Shown here: positions 28,914-41,300 of the stretch, piece after piece
Layout: each line of letters begins with the position of its first letter
Position numbering within the stretch: position 1 is the stretch's first letter
Assembly (NCBI GenBank): GCA_963706955.1
Contig: CAVPOC010000002.1
Span: 96,001-160,000, forward strand
DNA length: 64,000 nt
Reading direction: 5' to 3'
Source: an uncultured Verrucomicrobiae bacterium
Lineage (GTDB): Bacteria; Verrucomicrobiota; Verrucomicrobiia; Chthoniobacterales; Terrimicrobiaceae
Program-made: the position numbers and the translations under genes
The notes under the pieces: model-generated
What the model was told of the DNA's origin: nothing
Seen by the model: the letters and a program-made list of their open reading frames with translations, nothing else
Database searches by the model: none

Positions 28914-31895
28914 TCAGGCGGATCGTCCGCAGCAATTCTTAAACTTCTTCCCGCTGCCGCACGGACATGGTTCATTGCGGCCGACCTTGGGAACCTCCCG
29001 CCTGATAGGAAGTTCAATCTTCGGGACGGGCGGCTCCTCACTGTTCTCCACGAGCGGAGCAGCAGCCGGCTCCGGACGGGAGGAGAGCCCGGGAATGTCT
29101 GCCTGGATGAGATTCTGCGGCAGACTGCGAAGGAGAGTTTCGAAGGCTTGCAAGTTGGTGGTGCTCCGAAACAAGTTGTTGAGAACTTCGAGTTTGATGT
29201 TGTCCATCAACTCGCCAAACATGGAGAAAGCCTCATTCTTGTATTCGACGAGGGGATCTTTTTGTGCGAAGGCGCGCAGGTAAACAGCTTCGCGGAGCCC
29301 GTCCATGGCATAAAGATGCTCCTGCCAAAGCCGGTCAACAGCATTCAGGATGACGAAGCGCTCCAAGCCGCGGAGTGCTTCGGCATGTTCCATCGCCGCC
29401 TTCCGATTGTAAGCATCCTTGATCACCTGAAGGAGCCAATTGCTGTTCTCTTCGACGGTCCGCGATTGCAGATCCGCTTTCTTCGCCGTGAGACCAAGCG
29501 GAAAGGTCGTGTTTACCCAATTCAACAATCCCTCCCGATCAGGCTCTTCGCTGTCGGTTTGGCCAAGATATTCGCCGACCTTCTTTGGCACCATCTCGTC
29601 GATGACCTCAAAGACGAGCTCTCGCGGATTCTCTGAATCCATCACCTCCTGGCGATAGCCATAGATCACCTCGCGCTGTTGGTTCATGACATCGTCAAAC
29701 TCGAGCGTTCGCCGACGAATCATGTAGTTGCGCTGCTCGACCCGTTTTTGCGCGGTTTCGACGCTCTTGTTCAACCAAGGATGCTCGAGTTCTTCGCCCT
29801 CTTTCAGCCCAAAGGTCTCCATGATCTTGGTCATGCGGTCGCTCGCCCCAAAATTCCGCATGAGGTCGTCCTCAAAACTTACGTAAAAGCGTGACAGACC
29901 TGGATCGCCCTGCCGGGCACAACGGCCGCGCAGCTGGCGGTCGATGCGCCGGGCTTCGTGTCGCTCGGTGGCCAGGACGTAAAGGCCACCTAAGTCGGAG
30001 ACCCCTTGACCGAGTTTGATATCAGTGCCGCGCCCCGCCATGTTTGTCGAGATGGTCACCGAGCCTTTGAAGCCGGCGCGGGCGACAATCTCGGCCTCCT
30101 GCATGTGGAATTTCGCGTTCAGGACCGTGTGGGGGATTTTCTGCAGCTTGAGCATCCGGCTGAGCAACTCGCTCGCTTCGACACTGGCGGTGCCGACCAG
30201 CACCGGCTGACCTTTGCCGTGAGCATCTCTGATCGCCTCGATGACCGCCGTGTACTTTTCCCGTCTGGTCTTGTAGATGCGATCGTTCTCGTCGAGGCGA
30301 CGGACGGGTCGATTGGTAGGGATGACATTGACATCGAGGCGATAGATGTCGTGAAACTCATTGGCCTCGGTCTCGGCGGTGCCGGTCATACCCGCGAGCT
30401 TCTCGTAGAGACGAAAGTAGTTTTGGATGGTGATCGTCGCGAGAGTCTGAGTCTCGCGATCAATCTGGACACCCTCCTTCGCTTCGACCGCCTGATGCAG
30501 ACCATCACTCCACCGGCGGCCAGGCATTTTGCGGCCGGTGAAAGTATCGACAATGATCACCTTGTTTTCTTCGACGACATATTCGACATCCTTCTCGTAG
30601 AGGCAGTAGGCCTTGAGAAGCTGCGAGATGTTATGGATGCGCTCCGCTTGTGCGTCGCAGTATTGTTGCCGTGCTGCCTTTCGTTGCGCCTTTTCACCGT
30701 CATTGAGATCCGGCTTGTTATCGATGTCCGCGAACTCGGTGAGCAAATCCGGAAGCACAAAGGCATCGGGATCGTCAGGATTGAGAAAGTCGCGTCCTTT
30801 TTGGGTCAGGTCGGCATCGTGCTGGCGCTCCTCGATGGTGAAAAACAACTCTTCTTTGAGCTCCACAAGGGCCGCCTTCCCGTCGGTGTCTTTATAAAAC
30901 TCGAGTTCAGCCTTATCGACCAATTTGCGGAGCTCGGGATCTTCCATCATCCGCGAGAGACCTTTGTTCCGTGGTTGTCCAAGCTTCAGCTTAAACAAGA
31001 TGCGCCCGGCTTCGTCTCTCTTCCCACCATCATGGAGCTCCTTCGACTCGGTCGAGAGCCGATTGCAAAGCATGGTTTGCTTGCGGACGAGCTGTTCGAC
31101 AAGCGGTTTGAAGCGGTCGTATTGATGCGTCGAGATGGTCGCGGGGCCGCTGATGATCAGCGGCGTGCGTGCTTCATCGACCAAGATCGAATCCACTTCG
31201 TCGACAATGGCGTAGAAGTGCGATCGCTGCACCTGTTGGTCGCGGCTGGTGGCCATTCCGTTGTCTCGCAGGTAGTCGAAACCGAACTCGCTATTGGTCC
31301 CGTAAGTGATGTCGCACTGGTATTGCGCCCGGCGCAAATCTGGCGGCTGATCGTGCTGGATGATTCCAATGGTCAGTCCGAGAAATGCGTAGAGTTGGCC
31401 CATCCATTCCGCATCGCGGCGGGCGAGGTAGTCGTTGACGGTGACCACGTGAACGCCGCGTCCGCTGAGAGCGTTCAAATAGACCGGTGCAGTAGCCACC
31501 AACGTCTTTCCCTCGCCGGTCGCCATCTCAGCGATGCGGCCGCGATGCAGGACCACTCCGCCGATGAGTTGAACGTCGAAATGGACCATTTCCCAGGTCG
31601 TCGGCTGATCGCACACCGTAAAGGTGTGCTTTCGATCGGAAAGACGTCGAGCGCCCTGCTTAACTACCGCGAATGCTTCAGGCAAAATTTCCTGCAAGCG
31701 CGCCTCGAGAGCGTTTGAGTCGGTGATCGCCGAAAGCTCCTCTTTCCAAGCGGCGGTCTTGCCTCGCAGATCGTCGTCTGAAAGCTCACCCAGTCTCTGC
31801 TCGAACTCATTAATCTGATCGATAAGAGGCTGTATACGGCGCAGCTCGCGTTGATTTTTCGAGCCGACGATGGTCTTGAGAATCCAATTGAACAT
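28914..31895 (-). CDS. secA: Preprotein translocase ATPase SecA
   Basis: [38 protein letters not shown] and C-terminal [13 protein letters not shown]. Confidence 0.99.
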   Translation of the reverse strand: MFNWILKTIVGSKNQRELRRIQPLIDQINEFEQRLGELSDDDLRGKTAAWKEELSAITDSNALEARLQEILPEAFAVVKQGARRLSDRKHTFTVCDQPTTWEMVHFDVQLIGGVVLHRGRIAEMATGEGKTLVATAPVYLNALSGRGVHVVTVNDYLARRDAEWMGQLYAFLGLTIGIIQHDQPPDLRRAQYQCDITYGTNSEFGFDYLRDNGMATSRDQQVQRSHFYAIVDEVDSILVDEARTPLIISGPATISTHQYDRFKPLVEQLVRKQTMLCNRLSTESKELHDGGKRDEAGRILFKLKLGQPRNKGLSRMMEDPELRKLVDKAELEFYKDTDGKAALVELKEELFFTIEERQHDADLTQKGRDFLNPDDPDAFVLPDLLTEFADIDNKPDLNDGEKAQRKAARQQYCDAQAERIHNISQLLKAYCLYEKDVEYVVEENKVIIVDTFTGRKMPGRRWSDGLHQAVEAKEGVQIDRETQTLATITIQNYFRLYEKLAGMTGTAETEANEFHDIYRLDVNVIPTNRPVRRLDENDRIYKTRREKYTAVIEAIRDAHGKGQPVLVGTASVEASELLSRMLKLQKIPHTVLNAKFHMQEAEIVARAGFKGSVTISTNMAGRGTDIKLGQGVSDLGGLYVLATERHEARRIDRQLRGRCARQGDPGLSRFYVSFEDDLMRNFGASDRMTKIMETFGLKEGEELEHPWLNKSVETAQKRVEQRNYMIRRRTLEFDDVMNQQREVIYGYRQEVMDSENPRELVFEVIDEMVPKKVGEYLGQTDSEEPDREGLLNWVNTTFPLGLTAKKADLQSRTVEENSNWLLQVIKDAYNRKAAMEHAEALRGLERFVILNAVDRLWQEHLYAMDGLREAVYLRAFAQKDPLVEYKNEAFSMFGELMDNIKLEVLNNLFRSTTNLQAFETLLRSLPQNLIQADIPGLSSRPEPAAAPLVENSEEPPVPKIELPIRREVPKVGRNEPCPCGSGKKFKNCCGRSA

Positions 31896-32017
31896 GAAAG
31901 CGATTCAAAAAACAATAGCCGAAGAGACTAAAAGTCCACCGCAATTCTGAGGAGACGCGTGCGTGTCGCCGCACCAAACTAGTAAGTCACGATAACCTCC
32001 CACAGTGAAACCGAAGA

Positions 32018-32056
32018 AGTTTGTGGGGGCGCTTGACACAAGCGCCCCTACAAACT
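32018..32056. repeat. Long intergenic palindrome (REP-like hairpin)
   Basis: AGTTTGTGGGGGCGCTTG-ACA-CAAGCGCCCCTACAAACT forms an 18-bp stem with one G-T pair. Confidence 0.65.
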
Positions 32057-32773
32057 CGTCGATTTCGGCTGGGTAAATTTCTTGTTTTGGCGTCCAAATT
32101 AGCAAGATCGACCGATTCGATCGAACACCTCTTAAACCTGTTGAAGTCCTCCCCGCGAGGGCCGGTCTTCAATCCATGGTGGCAGGTCGATGCTGCCAAC
32201 GATATTGGCCGGCAAGCTCCGCGGATCCGGCGCGAGCAACTGCGGGCCTACTTGTCAGAACGCATCGGCAAAGCGCAACTGGCATTGATTGGAGAGGCTC
32301 TCGGCTACCGCGGCGGGCATTTCACCGGCATCGCCATGACTTCCGAGCGAATCCTTCTGGGCGAAAATCCGGACGTCGCGCCGACCGATGTTTTCTCTGC
32401 AATTAGACCTCGGCGGGCAAGCAAGCTGGAGAGAGCGCCGCGGGGGTTCTCCGAGCCTACAGCAAGCATTGTCTGGAGCACGCTGCTTCGCCTTGGGATG
32501 CGGAGCGACGAATTTGTCCTGTGGAACGTGTTTCCGTGGCACTCGTTTGCTCCGCGCTTCGGCATGTTGAGCAATCGGATGCCGACTACTGGGGAGGTGA
32601 GAGCAAGCGCACCTGTCTTGAAGGCATTTCTAAGCCTCTTCGCCAGTGCACGTGTCGTGGCTGTGGGGCGGGTCGCTGCCTCGCAACTTCCATCGGCAGC
32701 ATGCGTGCGACACCCGGCGAGCGGAGGATCTGCGCTCTTCCGTCGACAGATCGCATCGCTTCTCGTCGTCTAA
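32021..32773 (+). CDS. Uracil-DNA glycosylase superfamily protein (true start probably downstream)
   Basis: IGEALGYRGGHFTGIAMTSE, SEPTA, WNVFPWH and VRHPASGG. Confidence 0.8.
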   Translation: MWGRLTQAPLQTRRFRLGKFLVLASKLARSTDSIEHLLNLLKSSPRGPVFNPWWQVDAANDIGRQAPRIRREQLRAYLSERIGKAQLALIGEALGYRGGHFTGIAMTSERILLGENPDVAPTDVFSAIRPRRASKLERAPRGFSEPTASIVWSTLLRLGMRSDEFVLWNVFPWHSFAPRFGMLSNRMPTTGEVRASAPVLKAFLSLFASARVVAVGRVAASQLPSAACVRHPASGGSALFRRQIASLLVV

Positions 32774-32959
32774 TGCCGGCAGCAAAGCTGGGAGGGCAAC
32801 GGGCAAGAGCGCTTCCCTGGAGAAGGCGCTGAGAACCGGCTGGGAAGACACACCGATCGCGGGCCAAGTCGATGAGAAGCGAAACTCACTCTTCTTCCAC
32901 GAAGGCGAGACGAAGCTGCTGGACAGCGTTAGTTGACCGATTAGTTTTGCGAATTTCGC

Positions 32960-35900
32960 ATGCTCAAACATCCGCTGCTGACAGAGAGCCGCATCCGACA
33001 GACTCTCGAACGCATTGAAAAGTTGGTCAATTGGCCGACGGCTCCGCTCGAGATCGCCGCGTGGGCTGTGCACGGGGAACCAGTTCCTCCGGAGCGCGCT
33101 TTTAAGGCGAAGTATCGGCCGTTCTCCGTTGGAGAAATGTGGGGTTCGTTGTGGGATACTGTTTGGTTCCGCTTTCAAGGGCAAGTCCCTACGGAGTGGA
33201 AGGGGCGCGAAGTCGTTGCTCTGGTGCGGCTGACCAGTCTCGGACCGGAAGGTTTTGCGGCTGAAGGAGCAATTTATCAAAACGGCCGGCTCATTCGCGC
33301 CTTGAATCTGAACCGACGCGAGGTCGAGATCACCGCGAAGGCGAAAGGCGGTGAGCGATTCGAGTTCTTTGTCGAGGCCGCTGCCAACGGTGGAACCAAC
33401 TCCACCGGAGATGCCATCGGACTTAACCTTCCCGACTATCACGGCAAGCCACTTTTCCAGCTCGAACAAGCCGAGCTCGCCTGTCGAAACTCCGAGGCGT
33501 TTAATTTTTACTTCGACTTCAAGTTTGCCGCCGAAGCGATGGACGCGCTGCCCGAGAATTCGCAGCGTCGCGCCGAACTGCGCTACGCCTTGAACGAGTC
33601 GGTCAACGAATTCGATCAGGACGATCCCTCGACCCTCAAGCGAGCAGCGGCCGCCTTGCGCGCCGTTATGGGACGTCGAAACGGGGACACCGTGCATAAG
33701 CTGTCGGCGGTCGGCCACGCGCACATCGACACAGCCTGGCTCTGGCCATTGCGGGAGACGATTCGGAAGTGCGCCCGCACCTTTTCTACCGCGTTGAACT
33801 ACATGCAGAAATATCCCGGCTACGTGTTCGTCTGCTCCCAAGCACAGCAGTACGCGTGGATGAAGGCCTACTATCCGGAGATCTGGGAAGGCATAAAAAA
33901 AGCGGTCCGTCGGGGACAATGGGAGCCGGTAGGCTCCATGTGGGTCGAAACAGATTGCAATCTCGTCTCTGGTGAATCGCTCGTTCGCCAAATCCTCTTG
34001 GGGAAAAGCTTCTTCGAAAAAGAGCTCGGCTACGAGACCAAGGACGTTTGGATTCCGGACGTATTTGGCTATGCCGCTTCCCTGCCGCAGATCATGCGCA
34101 AGTCCGGGATCGACTACTTCCTCACTCAGAAGATCTCCTGGAATCAATTCAACAAATTTCCGCACCATACGTTCTTCTGGGAGGGAATCGATGGCACGCG
34201 CATCTTTGCACACTTCCCACCGGCGGACACCTACAACGCGGATACTGGACCGGGTCAACTCGTTCGAAGTGTGCAAAACTTTCGAGAACTCGATCGCGCG
34301 ACAAGGTCGCTGCTGGTATTCGGCTGGGGTGACGGAGGAGGCGGTCCCAGCATTGAGATGCTGGAAAAAGTGCGTCGGGCCCGAGACTTCGACGGCCTTC
34401 CGCAGGTCCAGCACGAAAAGGCGATCAAGTTTTTTGAAAAAGCGAAGGCCGACGCCAAGGATCCCCCCGTTTGGGTTGGCGAGCTCTACCTCGAACTTCA
34501 TCGCGGCACCTACACGAGCCAGGCGAAAAACAAACGCGCCAACCGTAAATCAGAGCTTCTCCTTCGAGACGCCGAGTTTCTCGATGCCGTTACCTTCGCG
34601 CTTGCGCCTGGACGCAAGCAATCCGTAGCGGATCCGGAGCGTGCTCTCTACGATGTCACCGGCCTGGAAGAATCGCCGAAGACACATCGCGCTGCTCTGG
34701 AACGCGCGTGGAAACTCGTGCTACTAAATCAATTCCACGACATTATTCCCGGCTCTTCGATCAATTGGGTCTACCAAGATAGTCAGCGCGACTACGAGAC
34801 CATTCGCCAACTCGGAGAATCTGTGCGCGACTCCGCGCTCGCGACGCTCGCGATGCTGATCGACAGCGCCTCGTTCAAAAACCCTGTTCTCGTGGCGAAC
34901 AGCCTCGGTTTTCGCCGTCAGGAAATCATCGAGTTGCCAGACGGAGAGCTCGCCAGCGTCGACGTTCCGCCTTGCGGCTATATCGTTGTCGAGAAGGCCG
35001 ACCAATTTCTTCGCACGACGGACCAGCCGGTCAAAGCTTCCCAGTCGCGCAACGGGATCATTCTCGAGAACGGCCTCTTGCGCGTGAAAGTCAACGCCAA
35101 AGGCCACCTGGCGAGTGTCTTCGATCTGCGAGCCCGCCGCGAGGTCCTCAGTGAACAGGGAAATCTCTTCCACCTGCATCGCGACATCCCCGATCGCTGG
35201 GACGCCTGGGACGTGGACATCTACTACAAAGAACGGTGTGACGTCATTGAGGGGTTGGAAAAGTTGGAACTGGTCGAAAGCGGCCCGCTGCGTGGTAGAG
35301 TCAGAATCGTCCGCACCTTTGGAAAGTCTCGGATCGAACAGCAGATCATCCTCACTGCGGGCTCGGCTCGAATCGATTTTCCGAGCGAAGTAGAATGGAA
35401 GGAGAGCCAAAAGCTTCTCAAAGTCGCCTTCCCCGTGGATGTTCATGCACAAAAGGCGACATACGAAATCCAATTTGGACACCTCGAGCGGCATACGCAT
35501 GCCAACACCAGCTGGGATATGGGCAAATTCGAGGTTTGCGCCCAGAAGTGGGTCGATCTCTCTGAGGCGAGATACGGCGTCGCGCTGCTCAATGATTGCA
35601 AATATGGGCACGACATTCAGGGAAATGTCATGCGCTTGAGCCTGCTCCGCGCGCCAATTTCTCCGGATCCACTGGCCGACCGCGGCAGGCATGCATTTAC
35701 CTATTCGCTGCTCCCGCACATCGGAGATTTGCGCGACAGCCACGTGGTCGAACAGGCCTATAGCCTGAATGCGCCTCTCATTATCCGCGATCTTAAGCCT
35801 GCTGCCGGCAGCCTTCCGGCGTCGCATTCGTTTTTTCTAGGCAGCCGCCCTGGAGTCGTCTTCGAAACCATTAAAGTCGCCGAAGCTGGCACGGGAATTG

Positions 35901-36085
35901 TCGTTCGGCTTTACGAAGCCGAAGGCGGGCGCGGTCCGCTGGAGGTCACTACGACTCTACCGGTGCGGAAGGCGTGGTTGACAAGTCTGCTCGAAGGCGA
36001 CGAGGAACCGCTCCCCATCAACAATGGCGTCGTTCATCTCGATTTAAAGCCGTTCGAGATTATCACGCTCAAGTTCGTGCTTTAG
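32960..36085 (+). CDS. Alpha-mannosidase, GH38
   Basis: GHAHIDTAWLWP, WIPDVFGY, GWGDGGGGP, ELHRGTYTSQ and NQFHDIIPGSSI. Confidence 0.96.
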   Translation: MLKHPLLTESRIRQTLERIEKLVNWPTAPLEIAAWAVHGEPVPPERAFKAKYRPFSVGEMWGSLWDTVWFRFQGQVPTEWKGREVVALVRLTSLGPEGFAAEGAIYQNGRLIRALNLNRREVEITAKAKGGERFEFFVEAAANGGTNSTGDAIGLNLPDYHGKPLFQLEQAELACRNSEAFNFYFDFKFAAEAMDALPENSQRRAELRYALNESVNEFDQDDPSTLKRAAAALRAVMGRRNGDTVHKLSAVGHAHIDTAWLWPLRETIRKCARTFSTALNYMQKYPGYVFVCSQAQQYAWMKAYYPEIWEGIKKAVRRGQWEPVGSMWVETDCNLVSGESLVRQILLGKSFFEKELGYETKDVWIPDVFGYAASLPQIMRKSGIDYFLTQKISWNQFNKFPHHTFFWEGIDGTRIFAHFPPADTYNADTGPGQLVRSVQNFRELDRATRSLLVFGWGDGGGGPSIEMLEKVRRARDFDGLPQVQHEKAIKFFEKAKADAKDPPVWVGELYLELHRGTYTSQAKNKRANRKSELLLRDAEFLDAVTFALAPGRKQSVADPERALYDVTGLEESPKTHRAALERAWKLVLLNQFHDIIPGSSINWVYQDSQRDYETIRQLGESVRDSALATLAMLIDSASFKNPVLVANSLGFRRQEIIELPDGELASVDVPPCGYIVVEKADQFLRTTDQPVKASQSRNGIILENGLLRVKVNAKGHLASVFDLRARREVLSEQGNLFHLHRDIPDRWDAWDVDIYYKERCDVIEGLEKLELVESGPLRGRVRIVRTFGKSRIEQQIILTAGSARIDFPSEVEWKESQKLLKVAFPVDVHAQKATYEIQFGHLERHTHANTSWDMGKFEVCAQKWVDLSEARYGVALLNDCKYGHDIQGNVMRLSLLRAPISPDPLADRGRHAFTYSLLPHIGDLRDSHVVEQAYSLNAPLIIRDLKPAAGSLPASHSFFLGSRPGVVFETIKVAEAGTGIVVRLYEAEGGRGPLEVTTTLPVRKAWLTSLLEGDEEPLPINNGVVHLDLKPFEIITLKFVL

Positions 36086-36166
36086 TCTGGCTGTGCCTTC
36101 GCCAGCCAGTGCCTCGCCGCCCAGTTCACCATTGTCAGGAGGCCCTTGGCGCGGTAAGACGCGCAT

Positions 36167-37885
36167 GTGCTTGAGCTCAATCCCGAGAACAAGATCGCGG
36201 GTATCCTGGCTCCAGTCTTCGCGGTGCGCGGCCAGCGAGATTTGGGGGTTGGCGATACTGAAGCACTCAAGGAATTGATTTCCTGGACTGCTCGGCAGGG
36301 GCTTTCGGTTGTTCAAATCTTGCCGATCAACGAAACCGGCGGGGATTGCAGTCCTTACAACCTCCTGAGCGCAATGGCCCTTGAGCCTACCACCATCGCC
36401 ACGCTTCCAGGGGTTCTCCCCGACTTAACCCAGGAGGACTTCGATCGGATCGTTGCTCGTTACGATCTGGCCGCGCTGCGCCAGGGAATCGTCCAATACC
36501 GCGAGGTAAGAAAACTCAAGCGACAACTCCTCTACGCCGCTTTCAGGACATTTCGTTCCCGCTCAGCTGAGAAATCCAGATCGAGAGAGTTTGCGGACTT
36601 TGAGCGCGCGCATGCCCACTGGCTGCCCGCTTACGCGACCCATCGCGCGCTCGTGAGCTGGCATGACGAGTGCGAAGACTGTGAGCAATGGCCGCGCGAA
36701 CACGGCTCTCCCACCGCCGTCCGCGTCTGGACCGAATCTCTCACTCCCGGCAGCAAGCGGCAGTTCCGCGACCTCCTGCGCTTCCACGCGTATGTCCAAT
36801 GGATCGCTTATTCTCAGTGGCTGTCTGTCCGCAGCCATGCAGAGCAAGAAGGCGTGGCGCTGATGGGTGACATTCCGGTGGGGGTCAGCAGGCACAGCGC
36901 GGATGTCTGGGGTGATCCCGACATCTTCGATCTCAAGCATTCCAGCGGCGCGCCGCCTGAAAAGGCGTTCAAGGCCGACCCTTTCACCGCCAAATGGGGA
37001 CAGAATTGGGGCTTCCCGCTCTACAATTGGGAACGGATGGCCCAGGACAACTATGCCTGGTGGCGAAGACGCTCCCGACTCCTCATGAGTATTTTTCACC
37101 TCTTGCGCGTGGACCACGCCCTCGGCTTTTTCAGGATCTACAGCTTCCCGTGGCCTCCCTCGGAGAATCTCTAGGTTTGTGGATCTTGCGCCCGAACAAG
37201 TGATGAAAATCACCGCCGGGGAGTTGCCGCGCTTCATGGATCGCGACGATAGCAACGACGAAAACCGCGAATACAACCGCCAGCATGGCGAACGACTCTT
37301 CAAGATGCTCCTCGAAGAGATCGGCCAACCATCGCCTGATCGCCGAAGATCTCGGCGAGGTTGCCCCTTACGTCCGACCCACTTTGGAGCAATTGGAGAT
37401 CCCAGGTTTCAAAATCCCCCAGTGGGAACGCAATTGGGACCGCCTGATCCCGGGCACTGACTATCAGCGCCTTAGCCTTGCCACTTTCGCGACCCATGAC
37501 CACCCGCCAGTCAAGTCCCACTGGGATGAGCTGTTCCTTGTCGCCCAAAGCGAAGACAAGACACTGCGCGATGCCGCCATTCACGGTATGTGGGAGCTGA
37601 TGGATTTTTGCGGCAAACCGGATACCGAGCTGCCCCAGGCCTTCAGCCCGCAAATCCAGGAGACCCTGCTCGGCGGGACTCTTCTCCAGCAATTCCTGGA
37701 TCGCTATTCACATGATTCCCGATCTTTTTGGCACCGAAGAACGCTTCAACGTGCCCGGATCCGCCTGCGAGGCCAATTGGACCCAGCGGATGCCTCTGCC
37801 TATTCAGGAATGGGACAACGCATACAGTTCACCCCTAAAACTTGTCCGCCAATCCCTCTCTCAAACCGGAAGATCGAGAAAATAA
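36167..37885 (+). CDS. malQ: 4-alpha-glucanotransferase (GH77), about three frameshifts
   Basis: QILPIN...SPY, MGDIP, GAPP, GQNWGFP, RVDHALGF, IAEDLG, THD and RFNVPG..NW across frames; stop at 37885 by manual translation. Confidence 0.9.
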
Positions 37886-37951
37886 CCAAAAGCAAGGTTG
37901 CGAAACGGTCCGAGATCTGCTTACTAAACTTCAAGGCAACAGATATTTGCA

Positions 37952-38284
37952 ATGGCCAATCTTACAAAACGGGATCTAGTAATGCGGATCAGCAAGGAGA
38001 CGGGGCTTGTCCAGCAGGACGTCTTCGACGTCATCCAGAAAACTCTGGATTATATTACCGAAGCCCTCTCCAAGGGACAGGATGTCGAGCTTCGCAATTT
38101 CGGCGTTTTCGAAGTGCGCCTGACAAAGTCGCGTGTCGGACGCAACCCTCACAAGCCGGAGCACGACGTGGTGATTCCCGCGCGCGCAACTGTCAAGTTC
38201 AAGTCCGGCAAAATTATGCGTCAGCGAGTCCTGCTGCGCACCGAAGAGCTCAAAAATGTCGAGAAAGACGGCGCGACTGCGTAA
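37952..38284 (+). CDS. HU/IHF family DNA-binding protein
   Basis: LTKRDLV...VELRNFGVFEV...GRNP...IPARATVKFKSGK. Confidence 0.95.
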   Translation: MANLTKRDLVMRISKETGLVQQDVFDVIQKTLDYITEALSKGQDVELRNFGVFEVRLTKSRVGRNPHKPEHDVVIPARATVKFKSGKIMRQRVLLRTEELKNVEKDGATA

Positions 38285-38305
38285 GTTTCCGTCGTAGAGT
38301 GGACG

Positions 38306-41300
38306 GTGTCCTCGATCATACGCGTCCGCGGCGCGCGTCAAAATAATCTCTGCGGTCTAGACCTCGACCTGCCCCTTGGGCAGCTCATCGTGGTCACGGG
38401 GCCGAGCGGCAGTGGCAAGTCAAGTCTTGCCTTTGATACCCTCTATGCCGAGGGGCAGAGGCGTTATGTAGAGACCTTCAGCCCCTATACGCGCCAATTC
38501 CTCGAGAGGATGGACAAGCCCAAGGCCGACCTTATCGAGGGGATTCCTCCGGCCATCGCCATCGAACAGGCCAATCATGTCAAGACGACGCGCTCGACGG
38601 TGGGGACGATTACCGAAATCAATGACTATCTAAAGCAGTTCTTTCCCAGGGTTTGCCACGCGTTTTGTCCATCGTGTCAGCGTGAGATTCGCACCGAGAC
38701 GACTAGCTCCGTTCTCGAGGAAATCGTGCGCGAATACGGCGGGCGCCAGGTCTTGGTGACATTTGGCGTCACCGCTCCGATCGGCACCGCCCCCGCCGAC
38801 TTTTTCGCCTTTCTTCGACAGCAGGGATATTTGCGCGTTTGGCTCAATCATCGCGCGATTCGCACCGACGAGCCCCCGGAAATGCACACTCTTCCTGTGA
38901 TCGTGCCCGTCATCCAGGACCGCCTGACCGTTTCCGCGGAGAATTGTTTGCGCTTAAACGAAGCCATTGAGGCGGCTTTCCGCTTCGGCTCCGGAAAAAT
39001 TCAAATCGTGCACGAAGGTTCAAGCCATCCCTTCTCCACGGGCTGGCATTGTCCGCACTGCGATCTTGCCATCCGGGCTCCGACGCCGGGACTTTTTAGC
39101 TTCAATAACCCGCTGGGGGCCTGTCCGACTGCCGCGGCTTTGGGCGAACAATCGGCATCGATTGGAGCCGCGTCATGCCAGACCGGTCGCTTTCGATTGC
39201 ATCCGGCGTCGTCAAGCCCTTCCAGAGTGGTCACTCGAAGGAATGCCAGCGCGATTTGATGCGGGCGGCAGCGCGAAATGAAATCGACGTGAACTGCCCT
39301 TTCGAGGAACTGCCGCTACCAGATCAAAACTGGGTCATCGAAGGCGATGGCGGGAATCCCGATGAGGCGTGGGAACAGGGCCAATGGTATGGAGTGAAAG
39401 GCTTTTTCAATTGGCTCGAATCGAAGACCTACAAGATGCACATCCGGGTTCTTCTGAGCAGGTATCGAAATTATCAGCCGTGCCCACGGTGCGGCGGAGC
39501 ACGCCTGCAGCCCGAGGCGCTCAATTTTCGCCTGCAGCCGGCGCATAAAACGCTACCCGAAATCGCGGCGACCCCAGTGCGTGAGCTTCTCGACGAGGTC
39601 GAGGCGGCGCAGTTGCCGGCTGGGGACGCCACTTCGAAACTCTTGCGCGAGCAGATTGCTTCGCGTCTTCGTTACTTAAACGAAGTCGGCCTTGGCTACC
39701 TCACTCTGGATCGTCCGACGCGAACGCTTTCCGGCGGCGAGATTGAGCGGGTCAACCTCACGACCTGCCTCGGAGCTTCGCTCGTCAACACGCTCTTTGT
39801 CATGGACGAACCAACTGTCGGTCTGCACCCGCGCGACACCGGAAGGCTCGTGGATATCATGCAAGCACTGCGCGCCAAGGGAAACACCCTCGTCGTCGTC
39901 GAACACGAAGAGGCGGTCATTCGACGGGCCGATCACATCGTTGACATCGGACCGGGTCGTGGCAGCGACGGCGGAAAGCTGATGTTTAGTGGCCCGGCGG
40001 CCGAATTCCAAAACTCCGAGCCCGGGTTTTCTTCGCTCACCGCCGATTATCTTTCCGCGAGAAAAGTCATTCCGGTGCCTGCGCGCCGCCGCAAGGCGAA
40101 GCGAGATGCTGAAGTTGCGCGGCATTCGGCACCACAATCTTCAGGATCTCGACATCGATATTCCGCTTGAGCGTTCTTTGCTGCGTAACCGGCGTCTCCG
40201 GTTCCGGAAAGAGCTCGCTGGTCCATGATGTCCTCTATCGAAGTCTGGCGGGCAACGCCGGACTCTACGGCATTTCTCGGTTTGACGAGGATGGGGCGTC
40301 TGGGACCTGCCGTTCCATCACCGGAGGAGAAGAGATCAGCGACGCGATCATGGTGGATCAATCTCCCCTGGCGCGAACCCCGCGCTCCACGCCGGCGGTC
40401 TACATCGGCGCCTACGATGCAATTCGCGAGGTCTTCGGCACTCATCCGAATGCGCTTTCGGCCGGCCTCTCTCCCTCCTCGTTTTCCTTTAATACGGGGG
40501 ATGGCCGATGCGAACGCTGCGCGGGATTGGGTTTCGAGAAGATCGAGATGCAATTTTTGAGCGATCTTTACTTACGCTGTCCCGAATGCGAAGGACGCCG
40601 CTTTCAACCGCATGTCCTCAAGATCCGGGTTGGCGATCGCTCAATTGCCGACGTGCTGGAGATGACGGTGGGTGAGGCGATCGCCTTTTTCCAGGAGGAC
40701 GAGCGCATCGCCATGCCTCTCAGCCTGCTGGCGGAGGTGGGTCTCGATTATCTTCGCCTCGGTCAGCCCGTCAACGCTCTCAGCGGTGGAGAATCTCAGC
40801 GCCTCAAGTTGGCGGGGCACCTTGCGGAACCGAGCGGAGCCGGCGCGCTGCTGATCTTTGATGAACCGACCACCGGCTTGCACTTCGACGACGTCGCACG
40901 ACTGCTCAGAGTGTTTCATCGTCTCGTCGACGAGGGCAAAAGTCTGGTTGTCGTTGAGCATAATCTCGAAGTGATCAAATGCGCGGATTGGGTCATCGAT
41001 CTGGGTCCGGAGGCTGGCGATCAAGGCGGTCGGCTGGTGGCCGTAGGAACTCCCGAGCAGATTGTCGCGAGCGACGCTTCCCACACCGGACGCTTTCTCG
41101 GGAATGCTCTGGCTGACCGGCGCGGCCGAATTGAGGATCGGCTCCTTCAGCCGACCGCACGCGCATCGGCGAACAACTTTTCCAATGCGATTCGGCTCCG
41201 CGGGGCACGTGAACACAATCTCAAGAATGTGACGCTTGAAATCCCCCGAGAGAAAATCGTCGTGATTACAGGGCTGAGCGGATCGGGCAAATCGACACTC

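Noticed and set aside
30006..31718. Long antisense ORFs (also 32630-34501, 43884-45491, 34724-35827)
   Set aside because: Shadow frames of secA, GH38 and the oxidoreductase in GC-rich DNA, with no motifs.
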